A stretch of 47,229 nt of DNA. Origin: Patescibacteria group bacterium. Its GTDB lineage: Bacteria; Patescibacteriota; Minisyncoccia; Phycocordibacterales; PALSA-1337. The notes under the pieces were generated by a model. That model was not told the DNA's origin. It saw nothing but the letters and a program-made list of their open reading frames with translations, and did no database searches. The DNA is taken from contig JBBTTD010000001.1 of NCBI GenBank assembly GCA_038064415.1, positions 79,738-126,966 on the forward strand. The letters are read 5' to 3'. Position numbers and translations under genes: made by a program. This document shows, piece after piece, positions 39,171-47,134 of this stretch (positions are counted from its first letter, which is position 1; every line of letters begins with the position of its first letter).

Positions 39171-41186
39171 ATGATTATGAAAACCGCCAAGAAAATCCTC
39201 AACATAATAGATGTCATTCCATTGGTACGATCCAAATTCGCTGATACTCTGACATATTTCACTACTACTGAAGTTCCAGTCGGAGCAATAGTGGCCGTAC
39301 CATTACGATCAAAGAGTATTCACGCCATTGTGGTAAATTCTCGACCAGCCAAAGACTTGAAGACTGAAATAAAGAATGCGCCTTACGAGATTCGCAAACT
39401 TGGCAAAGTCAAGACTACTTCATTTTTCCCCGCCACTTTCATGGATGCCTGTAAAACTCTGGCAGATTACTATGCCACAAACATTGGTTCGGTAATTGAT
39501 TCATTAGTTTCTGATGTCCTTATGGAAAACGCTAATAAAATCCCCGTGCCAATCCATCAAGCTAGATTTTTTCATAATATAGAACCATCAACGATAATAG
39601 ACGAGACATTCGCGGTTCAAGGAGATGATGATGATCGACTGGGTTCTTGGCGTAGTCTGATTCGTCAAGAATTCGCGCGCAAAAGATCATTGGCAATATA
39701 TGTCCCGACAGTAGAAGAATCTAAAAACATTTCAGTCTTATTGACCAAAGGCATAGAAGGTTACATTTTCGTCCTTCACAACAGACTTACCAAAAAAAAT
39801 ATCGTGGACATCTGGACACAAATCGCCGAAATTCCTCATCCAGTCGTGATAATCGCGACACCATCGTTTTCCATTTTGCCACGCAGTGATATAGACACAA
39901 TCATTATTGAACGCGAAAATAGTCGTGGCTGGATCAATCAAAAACAACCATATATGGACATGCGCCACGCATTGGAGACTATTGCCAGAAAACAAAAAAA
40001 GACGCTGTATCGTTCAGACAATATGTTGCGCGTTGAAACCCTTTTTAGACTTGACGAGCATGAGATAGCTCAAGGATCGCCATTTAAATGGAGATCAATC
40101 TCAACGACTAAAGATTTTTTGGTTGACATGAGGAAAAACAATTTTAAAGCGCGAAATTCTAAATCCGAAACAAATACGAATACTGAAATTCAAAATCCAA
40201 AGGAGGAAATCCAAACAATTTTCACTTCAAATTCTTTTCAAACGCTTTCACCCGAACTGGAAGAATTAATTCAAAAGAATCGCGACGAAAACACGCATCT
40301 ATTTATTTTGACTATTCGTCGCGGATTATCGCCGATCACAGTCTGCAGTGATTGTGAGACAATCGTTTCTTGCGAAAATTGTTCAAAACCAGTTGTCCTT
40401 CATACCTCAAAGAATTCGGGCAAAAATTTCTTCATGTGCCATATTTGCGGAGACAGACGAGGCGCTGAGGAGATTTGTATCAACTGCGGCGGTTGGAGAT
40501 TAACTCCTTTGGGTATTGGCATTGAGCGCGTGGCGGAAGAAATTCAAGCAAAATTTCCAAATGTTGATGTCTTCAAGATAGATTCCGACACTACCAAAAC
40601 CGACGGTCAAATCCTATCCGCCATAGAAAAATTCAAAGCAAAACCTGGAAGTATACTGTTAGGCACTGAAATGACAATCGTGCATTTAACGGAAAAAATA
40701 GACCATATCGCCGTAACTTCATTAGACACTTTATTTGCTCTTCCAGATTTTCGAATCCAAGAAAAAATAATGTACACCTTAATTCGTCTGCGCAGTTTAA
40801 CCAACCGCTCTATTTTGGTTCAAACCAGAAAACCAACCGAAAAAATCTTTGAATACGGTCTAAAAGGAAATTTAAGTGATTTCTACCACGCCAACTTAGA
40901 AGAACGCAAACAATTTTCATATCCACCTTATTCAAATTTAATCAAAATCACTATTGAAGGTAAAAAAGATAAAATCGCTAATACCATGGCTAAAGTCCAA
41001 AAAAACCTTGAGCCACGCGAAATTGAGGTTTTTCCAGCATTCACCGCGACCGTTAGAAATAATTCAATAATTCACGGACTTTTGAGACTTCCTAGAGGTG
41101 GCTGGCCAAATTCAGAATTAACAGAAAAACTTCGAGAATTGCCGTTTGGAATCAAGATTAAAGTTGATCCTGAAAGTTTGCTGTAG
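39171..41186 (+). CDS. priA: Replication restart protein PriA-like with degenerate helicase motifs
   Basis: N-terminal LTY..VPL domain, RRG followed by four CxxC, PDFR, YPPY; upstream of def-fmt. Confidence 0.85.
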   Translation: MIMKTAKKILNIIDVIPLVRSKFADTLTYFTTTEVPVGAIVAVPLRSKSIHAIVVNSRPAKDLKTEIKNAPYEIRKLGKVKTTSFFPATFMDACKTLADYYATNIGSVIDSLVSDVLMENANKIPVPIHQARFFHNIEPSTIIDETFAVQGDDDDRLGSWRSLIRQEFARKRSLAIYVPTVEESKNISVLLTKGIEGYIFVLHNRLTKKNIVDIWTQIAEIPHPVVIIATPSFSILPRSDIDTIIIERENSRGWINQKQPYMDMRHALETIARKQKKTLYRSDNMLRVETLFRLDEHEIAQGSPFKWRSISTTKDFLVDMRKNNFKARNSKSETNTNTEIQNPKEEIQTIFTSNSFQTLSPELEELIQKNRDENTHLFILTIRRGLSPITVCSDCETIVSCENCSKPVVLHTSKNSGKNFFMCHICGDRRGAEEICINCGGWRLTPLGIGIERVAEEIQAKFPNVDVFKIDSDTTKTDGQILSAIEKFKAKPGSILLGTEMTIVHLTEKIDHIAVTSLDTLFALPDFRIQEKIMYTLIRLRSLTNRSILVQTRKPTEKIFEYGLKGNLSDFYHANLEERKQFSYPPYSNLIKITIEGKKDKIANTMAKVQKNLEPREIEVFPAFTATVRNNSIIHGLLRLPRGGWPNSELTEKLRELPFGIKIKVDPESLL

Positions 41187-41196
41187 TTATAGCAAG

Positions 41197-41217
41197 TAGC
41201 GAGGTCTCACCTTGCTA
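41197..41217. repeat. AGGT-N3-ACCT hairpin
   Basis: TAGCGAGGT-CTC-ACCTTGCTA. Confidence 0.7.
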
Positions 41218-41253
41218 TCCACGCAATCTATTCTTTATGTTATAGTTTCTTTT

Positions 41254-41808
41254 ATGAAAACCATCCTTCAAAAAGACGAAATAATCCTACATCGGTCGGC
41301 AAAAATGGTACCAGTCAAGGAGATTGGTTCAGAAAAAATCAATCAAATAATTACTGACATGATTGAAGCAATGTCAGAACAAAAAGACGGAGTCGCTATA
41401 GCCGCTCCGCAAATCGGAATATCATTAAGAATTTTTGTAATTTCCGGAGATCTACTCAAAAAAGCTTTGAAACAAGATCATGATGAATCTCAAAAAAAAC
41501 ACAAGAATCAAACCGGCAATCTTGTTTTTATTAATCCAAAAATCATTAAATCTTCCAAGGAAAAAAAGAAGATGGAAGAAGGTTGTCTGTCAGTTCGTTG
41601 GCTTTACGGCAATGTCAATCGGTCAACTCGCGTCACTTTGAGTTTTTATAACCAGAAAGGAGAACAGTTTGAACGAGGCGCCAGTGGCTTATTGGCTCAA
41701 ATATTTCAGCATGAATGCGATCATTTAGAAGGCAAATTGTTCATAGATAAAGCCGAGGAGATTTGGGAAATGAGCGAAGAGGAAATAAGAGAGTTACAAA
41801 AGAAATAA
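41254..41808 (+). CDS. def: Peptide deformylase
   Basis: GVAIAAPQIG, EGCLS and QHECDHL motifs. Confidence 0.97.
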   Translation: MKTILQKDEIILHRSAKMVPVKEIGSEKINQIITDMIEAMSEQKDGVAIAAPQIGISLRIFVISGDLLKKALKQDHDESQKKHKNQTGNLVFINPKIIKSSKEKKKMEEGCLSVRWLYGNVNRSTRVTLSFYNQKGEQFERGASGLLAQIFQHECDHLEGKLFIDKAEEIWEMSEEEIRELQKK

Positions 41809-41817
41809 ACCAAAAAT

Positions 41818-41845
41818 AGATCCCCGCAAAAACGGGAATGACACA
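41818..41845 (-). repeat. GTCATTCCCG REP-like palindrome
   Basis: Minus strand TGTGTCATTCCCGTTTTTGCGGGGATCT. Confidence 0.7.
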
Positions 41846-41846
41846 C

Positions 41847-42716
41847 ATGAAAATAGACCAAACTTCAATCAAATTCGCGTTTTTCGGGTCATCGCGATTT
41901 TCGGTGATTGTTATTGATGAGCTGGAAAAACTTGGTCTAATTCCAACTGTGATAATTACGACTCCAGATAAACCGCAAGGCAGGAAATTGATCACCACTC
42001 CAACTCAAGTAAAAGAATGGGCTGTCAAAAAGAATATAAAAGTTTTTGATCCGGAAAAACTTGACGCTGAATTTATCAAAAAAATAGACGCTGAAAATTG
42101 TTTAGTGTTTATTGTCGCTTCTTACCGCAAAATCATTCCGAACAACATAATCAACTTGCCAAAACATAAAACACTAAACATCCACCCATCTCTTTTGCCA
42201 AAATATCGTGGCCCTTCCCCGATCCAATCTGCTATTATTGCCGATTCAAAGAAAACGGGAGTAACGATTATGAAAATAGATGAAATAATGGATCATGGAC
42301 CAATAGTGGCACAAAAAGAAACCATGATAAACGAGTGGCCTATTTATGAAAAATTAGAAGAATTGATGGCAATTGAGGGGGCGCGACTATTAGCTGAAGT
42401 CTTGCCAAAATGGATTACTGGTCAGATTTCTGAAATTGAACAAGATCATTCTGCCGCGACATTCACCAAAAAAATAAATAAGGGAGACGGGTTAACTGAT
42501 TTGAATGACAATCCCTATAAAAATTTTCGTAAAATTCAAGCTTACCATGAATGGCCACAAGCGTATTTTTTAATTGACTGGAATAGTAAAAAATTGCGAA
42601 TAAAAATCACCTCCGCATCATTTACTGATGGAAAACTAATCTTAGAAAAAGTCATACCCGAGAATGGAAAAGAAATGAGTTATGAAAATTTCAAAAATGG
42701 CTACAAGGCAGGGTAA
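41847..42716 (+). CDS. fmt: Methionyl-tRNA formyltransferase
   Basis: PDKPQGR, NIHPSLLPKYRG, MDHGP. Confidence 0.96.
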   Translation: MKIDQTSIKFAFFGSSRFSVIVIDELEKLGLIPTVIITTPDKPQGRKLITTPTQVKEWAVKKNIKVFDPEKLDAEFIKKIDAENCLVFIVASYRKIIPNNIINLPKHKTLNIHPSLLPKYRGPSPIQSAIIADSKKTGVTIMKIDEIMDHGPIVAQKETMINEWPIYEKLEELMAIEGARLLAEVLPKWITGQISEIEQDHSAATFTKKINKGDGLTDLNDNPYKNFRKIQAYHEWPQAYFLIDWNSKKLRIKITSASFTDGKLILEKVIPENGKEMSYENFKNGYKAG

Positions 42717-42717
42717 A

Positions 42718-43089
42718 TCACTTTCCCCACGGCCATAGTCCCTTCATCATAGCTTTAACGCGAGCACCGCCACGACGGATCCGTGATGTGTCTCTTTTGC
42801 GCTTAGATTTCAATTCACGAAGAACACCATCTCGCATTTCGTCAATAGCGACATACAAATCTTCTTTGTCGGAACTATTATAGATATTCAAACCTGAACC
42901 GACAATATGTATTTCAGCCCTAAAAATTTCTCCTTTATTGTGATGAGTAGTAGTACGCGCAAGCTCCACGTCGCACTGAACCGAAGAATCGTCTCGGGTA
43001 AGTTTTTCAATCTTCTCCAATCTCTTAGAAACATAATCCGAAATAGCTTGAGTTAAAATAATATTGGTTGTTTTGATGTGTGTATTCAT
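42718..43089 (-). CDS. hpf: Ribosome hibernation factor (HPF/RaiA)
   Basis: LTQAISDYVSKRL, DLYVAID; start moved to ATG 43089. Confidence 0.9.
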   Translation of the reverse strand: MNTHIKTTNIILTQAISDYVSKRLEKIEKLTRDDSSVQCDVELARTTTHHNKGEIFRAEIHIVGSGLNIYNSSDKEDLYVAIDEMRDGVLRELKSKRKRDTSRIRRGGARVKAMMKGLWPWGK

Positions 43090-43106
43090 ATGGTCATTAT
43101 ATCTCA

Positions 43107-43132
43107 TGTGTCATTCCCGCGAAAGCGGAAAT
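43107..43132 (+). repeat. GTCATTCCCGC REP-like palindrome
   Basis: TGTGTCATTCCCGCGAAAGCGGAAAT. Confidence 0.72.
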
Positions 43133-43147
43133 ATATAAATTCGTAAA

Positions 43148-43366
43148 TCAACGGGGTTCAATAGAAATAATTTTTGCGGACGCGTGATGTCCACTGATTA
43201 TGCGAACTATCATCTCTGGACACATATGCCGTACAATCTCCAAAATTTTTTCATTGGCTTGATTGTTTTCAGGAGACTCTTTGATGGAAATGTCATAGCG
43301 ATCATCAGCAATCTTTTTGATCTTTTCTTGTTTTGCGTCTGTTTCTACGTGAATCTTTATATACAT
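43148..43366 (-). CDS. DUF167/YggU-family protein
   Basis: MYIKIHV..ISIKESPENNQAN..IISGHHASAK; upstream part of the ORF is antisense to the tRNA. Confidence 0.8.
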   Translation of the reverse strand: MYIKIHVETDAKQEKIKKIADDRYDISIKESPENNQANEKILEIVRHMCPEMIVRIISGHHASAKIISIEPR

Positions 43367-43438
43367 ATTTTTTGATTTACACGACGAGATGTGATACATT
43401 TTGGCATGTTCAAGCATTAAATAATAGCTTGAAATCAT

Positions 43439-43514
43439 TCCGCGGTAGCTCAGCCGGTAGAGCGCCTCCCTGTTAAGGAGGATGTCCCAGGTTCGATCCC
43501 TGGCCGCGGAGCCA
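43439..43514 (+). tRNA. tRNA-Asn(GTT)
   Basis: Acceptor TCCGCGG/CCGCGGA, anticodon arm CCTCC-CTGTTAA-GGAGG, TTCGA T-loop, encoded CCA. Confidence 0.97.
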
Positions 43515-43552
43515 AGAAATCTGAAATGACGCGCTCCGCCACTATTTTTTTG

Positions 43553-43611
43553 GGGTCTGGGGAGGAATCCGCGCAGGCTTCGGCTTTCTTTTTTCAAAAA
43601 ATCGGCGGCTA
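43553..43611 (+). repeat. Left 59-bp inverted repeat of the cassette
   Basis: 54/59 match to the reverse complement of 47132-47190. Confidence 0.92.
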
Positions 43612-43629
43612 AATTCATAAATACATTAT

Positions 43630-43660
43630 ATCCTAATTTGGGATTATTCTGCAATAGGAT
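43630..43660 (+). promoter_or_regulatory. Tandem C-box-like operator pair
   Basis: ATCC-N7-GGAT followed by ATTC-N7-GGAT upstream of the XRE gene. Confidence 0.55.
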
Positions 43661-43677
43661 ATATCATAGAAACATAT

Positions 43678-43896
43678 ATGAGCAAGTCGGTTTACTCAAA
43701 AGACTACAAAGAGATAATAGAACGCCTGAAAACGGCGCGTATTGAGGCTGGGCTTGCACAGCAAGATGTTGCAAAGAAACTCGGGAAACCTCAATCGTAT
43801 ATCTCAAAAATTGAATCTGGCGAGAGGAGACTTGATGTCGCAGAAATGAAAAAATTTGCAGAGATATACAAAAAGCCATCCTCATATTTTTTATAA
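43678..43896 (+). CDS. XRE-family HTH regulator (R-M controller-like)
   Basis: RIEAGLAQQDVAKKLGKPQSYISKIESGERR, 3 nt before the REase. Confidence 0.9.
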   Translation: MSKSVYSKDYKEIIERLKTARIEAGLAQQDVAKKLGKPQSYISKIESGERRLDVAEMKKFAEIYKKPSSYFL

Positions 43897-43899
43897 TAT

Positions 43900-44607
43900 A
43901 TGTTAGTACAAAAATTCGACAAATTTTTACAATCGGTTGATCTCAAGGCATATCGTGAAAAATATATGCCGATTAAAATTGTGGAAATGAATCTTCCTAA
44001 AAGCATCCAAGCGATCGAGCTTTTGTATCGTGTCTACTGGGATGAGAAAAAATTTATTGACTTTGAAGAGTTTTATGGAATTTACGAGAAAGAAAAAGGG
44101 CGAGAGCTTCGCAAGTTTCAGAAGAAAAGTGGTATGTGTCCCAGGTGTTTTGCGAAAGGCATAAAAGCTAGAACATATAGAACTTGGGCAGGGCTCATCA
44201 CACAAATTCATGCAGGGTATGTTGCTGGACAAGTGTTCGGACTTGATACAGTAAAAATGTCCGAGCAACTTGATCACCAAGATGCCGACATTCAAGTGCA
44301 TTATAAGGGAATCGTTATTAACTATGATGTGAAAAAGATAGCGAACGCTGGAGTAATGGGACGCGGCCATGTTCCGAAAAGGCCAATTCCTGGAGAAAAG
44401 ATCTCGATTCGTTATGAAGTGCCCAACCTTGATATTGTTTTACATCCAAAAAAGAAAAGGGGGGTTGGATTTAAAAAAGCTTTTATAGATTTTGCAGATA
44501 AATATTTAAAAACCAACATGCTCCATGTGTTTCCAAATGGTTTTGTAGTTTTTACCCCGTATACTTTTGAGCAAAAGAAAAAAGAGATAGATAACTCCCT
44601 AAAATAA
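43900..44607 (+). CDS. TaqI-family type II restriction endonuclease
   Basis: FDKFLQSVDLKAYREKYMPIKIVEMNLP and ARTYRTW resemble TaqI as recalled; D..D-x-K core (DADI..YDVK). Confidence 0.8.
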   Translation: MLVQKFDKFLQSVDLKAYREKYMPIKIVEMNLPKSIQAIELLYRVYWDEKKFIDFEEFYGIYEKEKGRELRKFQKKSGMCPRCFAKGIKARTYRTWAGLITQIHAGYVAGQVFGLDTVKMSEQLDHQDADIQVHYKGIVINYDVKKIANAGVMGRGHVPKRPIPGEKISIRYEVPNLDIVLHPKKKRGVGFKKAFIDFADKYLKTNMLHVFPNGFVVFTPYTFEQKKKEIDNSLK

Positions 44608-46122
44608 TTTAGCAACTGACTTTTTATCGCCCACCATTTTTTCTGCCAGTCTCACATAATCTGGATTAATCTCAAAACCGATATAAGATTGACCTAATTC
44701 TTTTGCCGCCGCACACTCCGAGCCAGTACCAACAAAGGGTACTAATACAACGCCATCTTTTTTTGGCATAGCAGATTTTATCAATTTTTTAGATAGTTCG
44801 AATGGTTTTTGTGTTGGGTGCTTCATTATTTCATGCCCATCATGATTTTTCAGTTGTCGTGGTTCGCAAACAGAATCGCAAGTTTTACACAAAAACCATC
44901 TCTCAATCATTCCGGCTCCACCGGCAAGAGCAGGGATTTTGATAACATCTCTTGGTAAAGCTCCGCCGTCGTGGGCTTTATAAACTGTTTCTAAACCGCT
45001 ACTACTAAATCTCCCTAGCGTTCCTTTTCTTACCTTTCCGGCGGCTCCGTTTAAGAATCCTTCCGTGTATGGCTCCCTAACTTCATCTCTGTTGAAAATC
45101 GGCTTATCTTTCCATGCGCAAATTATAGCTTCGTGGCTTCTTTGCCAGAAATTGAGCGAAGCGACATTTTTGTTTGTATAGTGCCAAATCAACCACCGTT
45201 TTTGTATAGGAATTTCGATTGAAAGATATGCCAAAATTTCACTGAAACCATAAATAAACATTGTCCCATTCGGCTTTAGAATTCTTATACTTTCATTTAT
45301 CCAACTTTTGCACCATTCTACATATTCTCCGAGTTCTCGTTTGTCTGTATTGTTGCCAAAATCTTTTCCGATATTATAGGGCGGATCAATTATGACGACA
45401 TCACAACTTTCGTCAGGAAGTTTCCTTAGTTCTTGAACAGCATCCCCTAAAATTATTTGATTAAGTGGTAGTTTCTTTTCTTTTTTTACTTCTTTTGTTG
45501 TTGTAATTTTTTCTGCCTGCAATTCTTCCTCGTTTTTTATAACATCAATGACAACACCTTGAATTTTAATATCGCGATCTTTTCTAATGATAATTGGCTC
45601 AAAAGTTTTATTTGCGGGTTGCAATCTAATATGTCCTCGTTCTTGATAAAATTTCTTTAGTGTTGCTTCTTGGTTATCTATCAAAGCAACGACGCGCTCT
45701 CCATTCTCCGCCGTGTCTTGTTGCTTTACTAAGACAACATCTCCATCTTGAATATTCTCATCAATCATACTATTTCCACTTACACGCAGAGCATAAAGAT
45801 TGCCAGTACTAGGTAGAATATTTTTGGGAACAGCAATAAATTCGTCTTGGCGAATTACTTCTATTGGTTCACCGGCGGCGATAGTTCCTAAAAACGGAAT
45901 TTTGATCATTGGCTCCTTGGAAGCAACGCTAATAGCACGAGCCTTGTTTTCTGTTTTTCCTAAATAGCCACCCTCTTTGAGTTTTGAAATATGAAAATGA
46001 ATAGTTGAAACAGAAGCGAGCTTAAGTCGTTTTCTAATTTCCTCAAAAGAAGGAGAGTACCCCTTCTTTTGCGAATAGTTTTCTACGAAGTCGAGGACTT
46101 CTTTTTGGCGTTTTGTTAACAT
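44599..46122 (-). CDS. lexA: LexA repressor fused to a beta-class N4/N6 DNA methyltransferase
   Basis: wHTH, AAG cleavage site, GNSM, TLKK; then DPPY..HPTQKP..PFVGTGS. Confidence 0.92.
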   Translation of the reverse strand: MLTKRQKEVLDFVENYSQKKGYSPSFEEIRKRLKLASVSTIHFHISKLKEGGYLGKTENKARAISVASKEPMIKIPFLGTIAAGEPIEVIRQDEFIAVPKNILPSTGNLYALRVSGNSMIDENIQDGDVVLVKQQDTAENGERVVALIDNQEATLKKFYQERGHIRLQPANKTFEPIIIRKDRDIKIQGVVIDVIKNEEELQAEKITTTKEVKKEKKLPLNQIILGDAVQELRKLPDESCDVVIIDPPYNIGKDFGNNTDKRELGEYVEWCKSWINESIRILKPNGTMFIYGFSEILAYLSIEIPIQKRWLIWHYTNKNVASLNFWQRSHEAIICAWKDKPIFNRDEVREPYTEGFLNGAAGKVRKGTLGRFSSSGLETVYKAHDGGALPRDVIKIPALAGGAGMIERWFLCKTCDSVCEPRQLKNHDGHEIMKHPTQKPFELSKKLIKSAMPKKDGVVLVPFVGTGSECAAAKELGQSYIGFEINPDYVRLAEKMVGDKKSVAKLF

Positions 46123-46128
46123 ATAGAC

Positions 46129-46179
46129 TTGACTTGTTTACTACACATCAATTATAATAGAACAAAAGTAGAAAATCAA
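46129..46179. promoter_or_regulatory. Overlapping divergent promoters with an SOS-box-like site
   Basis: Minus: TTGATT-17-TATAAT; plus: TTGACT-18-TATAAT; GAAC-AAAA-GTAG at 46160-46171. Confidence 0.6.
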
Positions 46180-46186
46180 AGTCGAG

Positions 46187-46195
46187 TTATCCACA
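46187..46195 (+). promoter_or_regulatory. Consensus DnaA box
   Basis: TTATCCACA. Confidence 0.45.
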
Positions 46196-46219
46196 TAAGA
46201 GAAGTAGTAAAAATATAAT

Positions 46220-47134
46220 ATGGCATTAATACCCCCAGCATACTTAAATTCAGTTTTATCGATTGGAGTAAGTATAAAAAATGAAAAAAATGAATCAACT
46301 TTTAAATCGCTAGCAACCGGTTTTTTGGTAGGTAAGCCCGTTGGAGAAAAGAATGAGAAAGGACAGCGGTCTTATCGACTATTTGTTGTTACGAATAGAC
46401 ACGTTTTTTACAACGATAAAACTAAGCAGTATGTAAAAGAAGTGCTATTCCGCTTCAATACAACCGAAGGGAAAAGTCATCATTTTAAAGTCAAGTTGCT
46501 TAATTCAGAAAATAAGCCAATTTGGTCAATGCATAGTGATGAAAAAGTTGATTTGGCTGTTCTTCCCATTAACGCCAACGCTATTAGTGAAGCTGGTGTA
46601 GACTTCTATTTCTTCAGAGAAAACGATCTTTTTTATGCCAATAATTTTAAAACCAAGAACATCTCTACGGGAGATGGACTTTTTGTCTTAGGATTTCCAA
46701 TGAGTATAAGCGGTAAGTCAAAAAATTTTGTTATTGTTAGGCAGGGTATCATTGCTCGCGTTGACGAGGAGGTGCTTGAAGATAAGTTTTATTTCATTGA
46801 TGCCTCTGCGTACCCTGGAAATAGTGGTGGACCGGTTATTGTAAAACCAGAAATTGTATCAATACAAGGAATTAACAGTAATAATTCGGCGGGCCTGATT
46901 GGAGTTATTAGCTCCGGGGTAACATATTCTGATGTAGCTGTTAGTCAGCAAACTGGTGAAGCTAAAGTCATATTTACAGAACAAACAGGGTTAGTAAAAG
47001 TTGTGCCAGTTGAACTGATTTACGAAATAATCGACGAAATAACCAAACCGTCCGTAACAAAAGAAGAAGCAGAGGTTAAGGAGGCTGGTTCTGAAGTCAA
47101 AACAGAAGAAACTGTTGAGAATAATAAAACATAG
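46220..47134 (+). CDS. Cytoplasmic trypsin-like serine protease
   Basis: VTNRHV (His), VDLAVL (Asp), PGNSGGP (Ser); no signal peptide; acidic tail. Confidence 0.88.
   Translation: MALIPPAYLNSVLSIGVSIKNEKNESTFKSLATGFLVGKPVGEKNEKGQRSYRLFVVTNRHVFYNDKTKQYVKEVLFRFNTTEGKSHHFKVKLLNSENKPIWSMHSDEKVDLAVLPINANAISEAGVDFYFFRENDLFYANNFKTKNISTGDGLFVLGFPMSISGKSKNFVIVRQGIIARVDEEVLEDKFYFIDASAYPGNSGGPVIVKPEIVSIQGINSNNSAGLIGVISSGVTYSDVAVSQQTGEAKVIFTEQTGLVKVVPVELIYEIIDEITKPSVTKEEAEVKEAGSEVKTEETVENNKT

Noticed and set aside
43367-43654. N-terminal extension of the 168-aa ORF
   Set aside because: It is the antisense read-through of the tRNA and left IR; DUF167 similarity starts at ATG 43366
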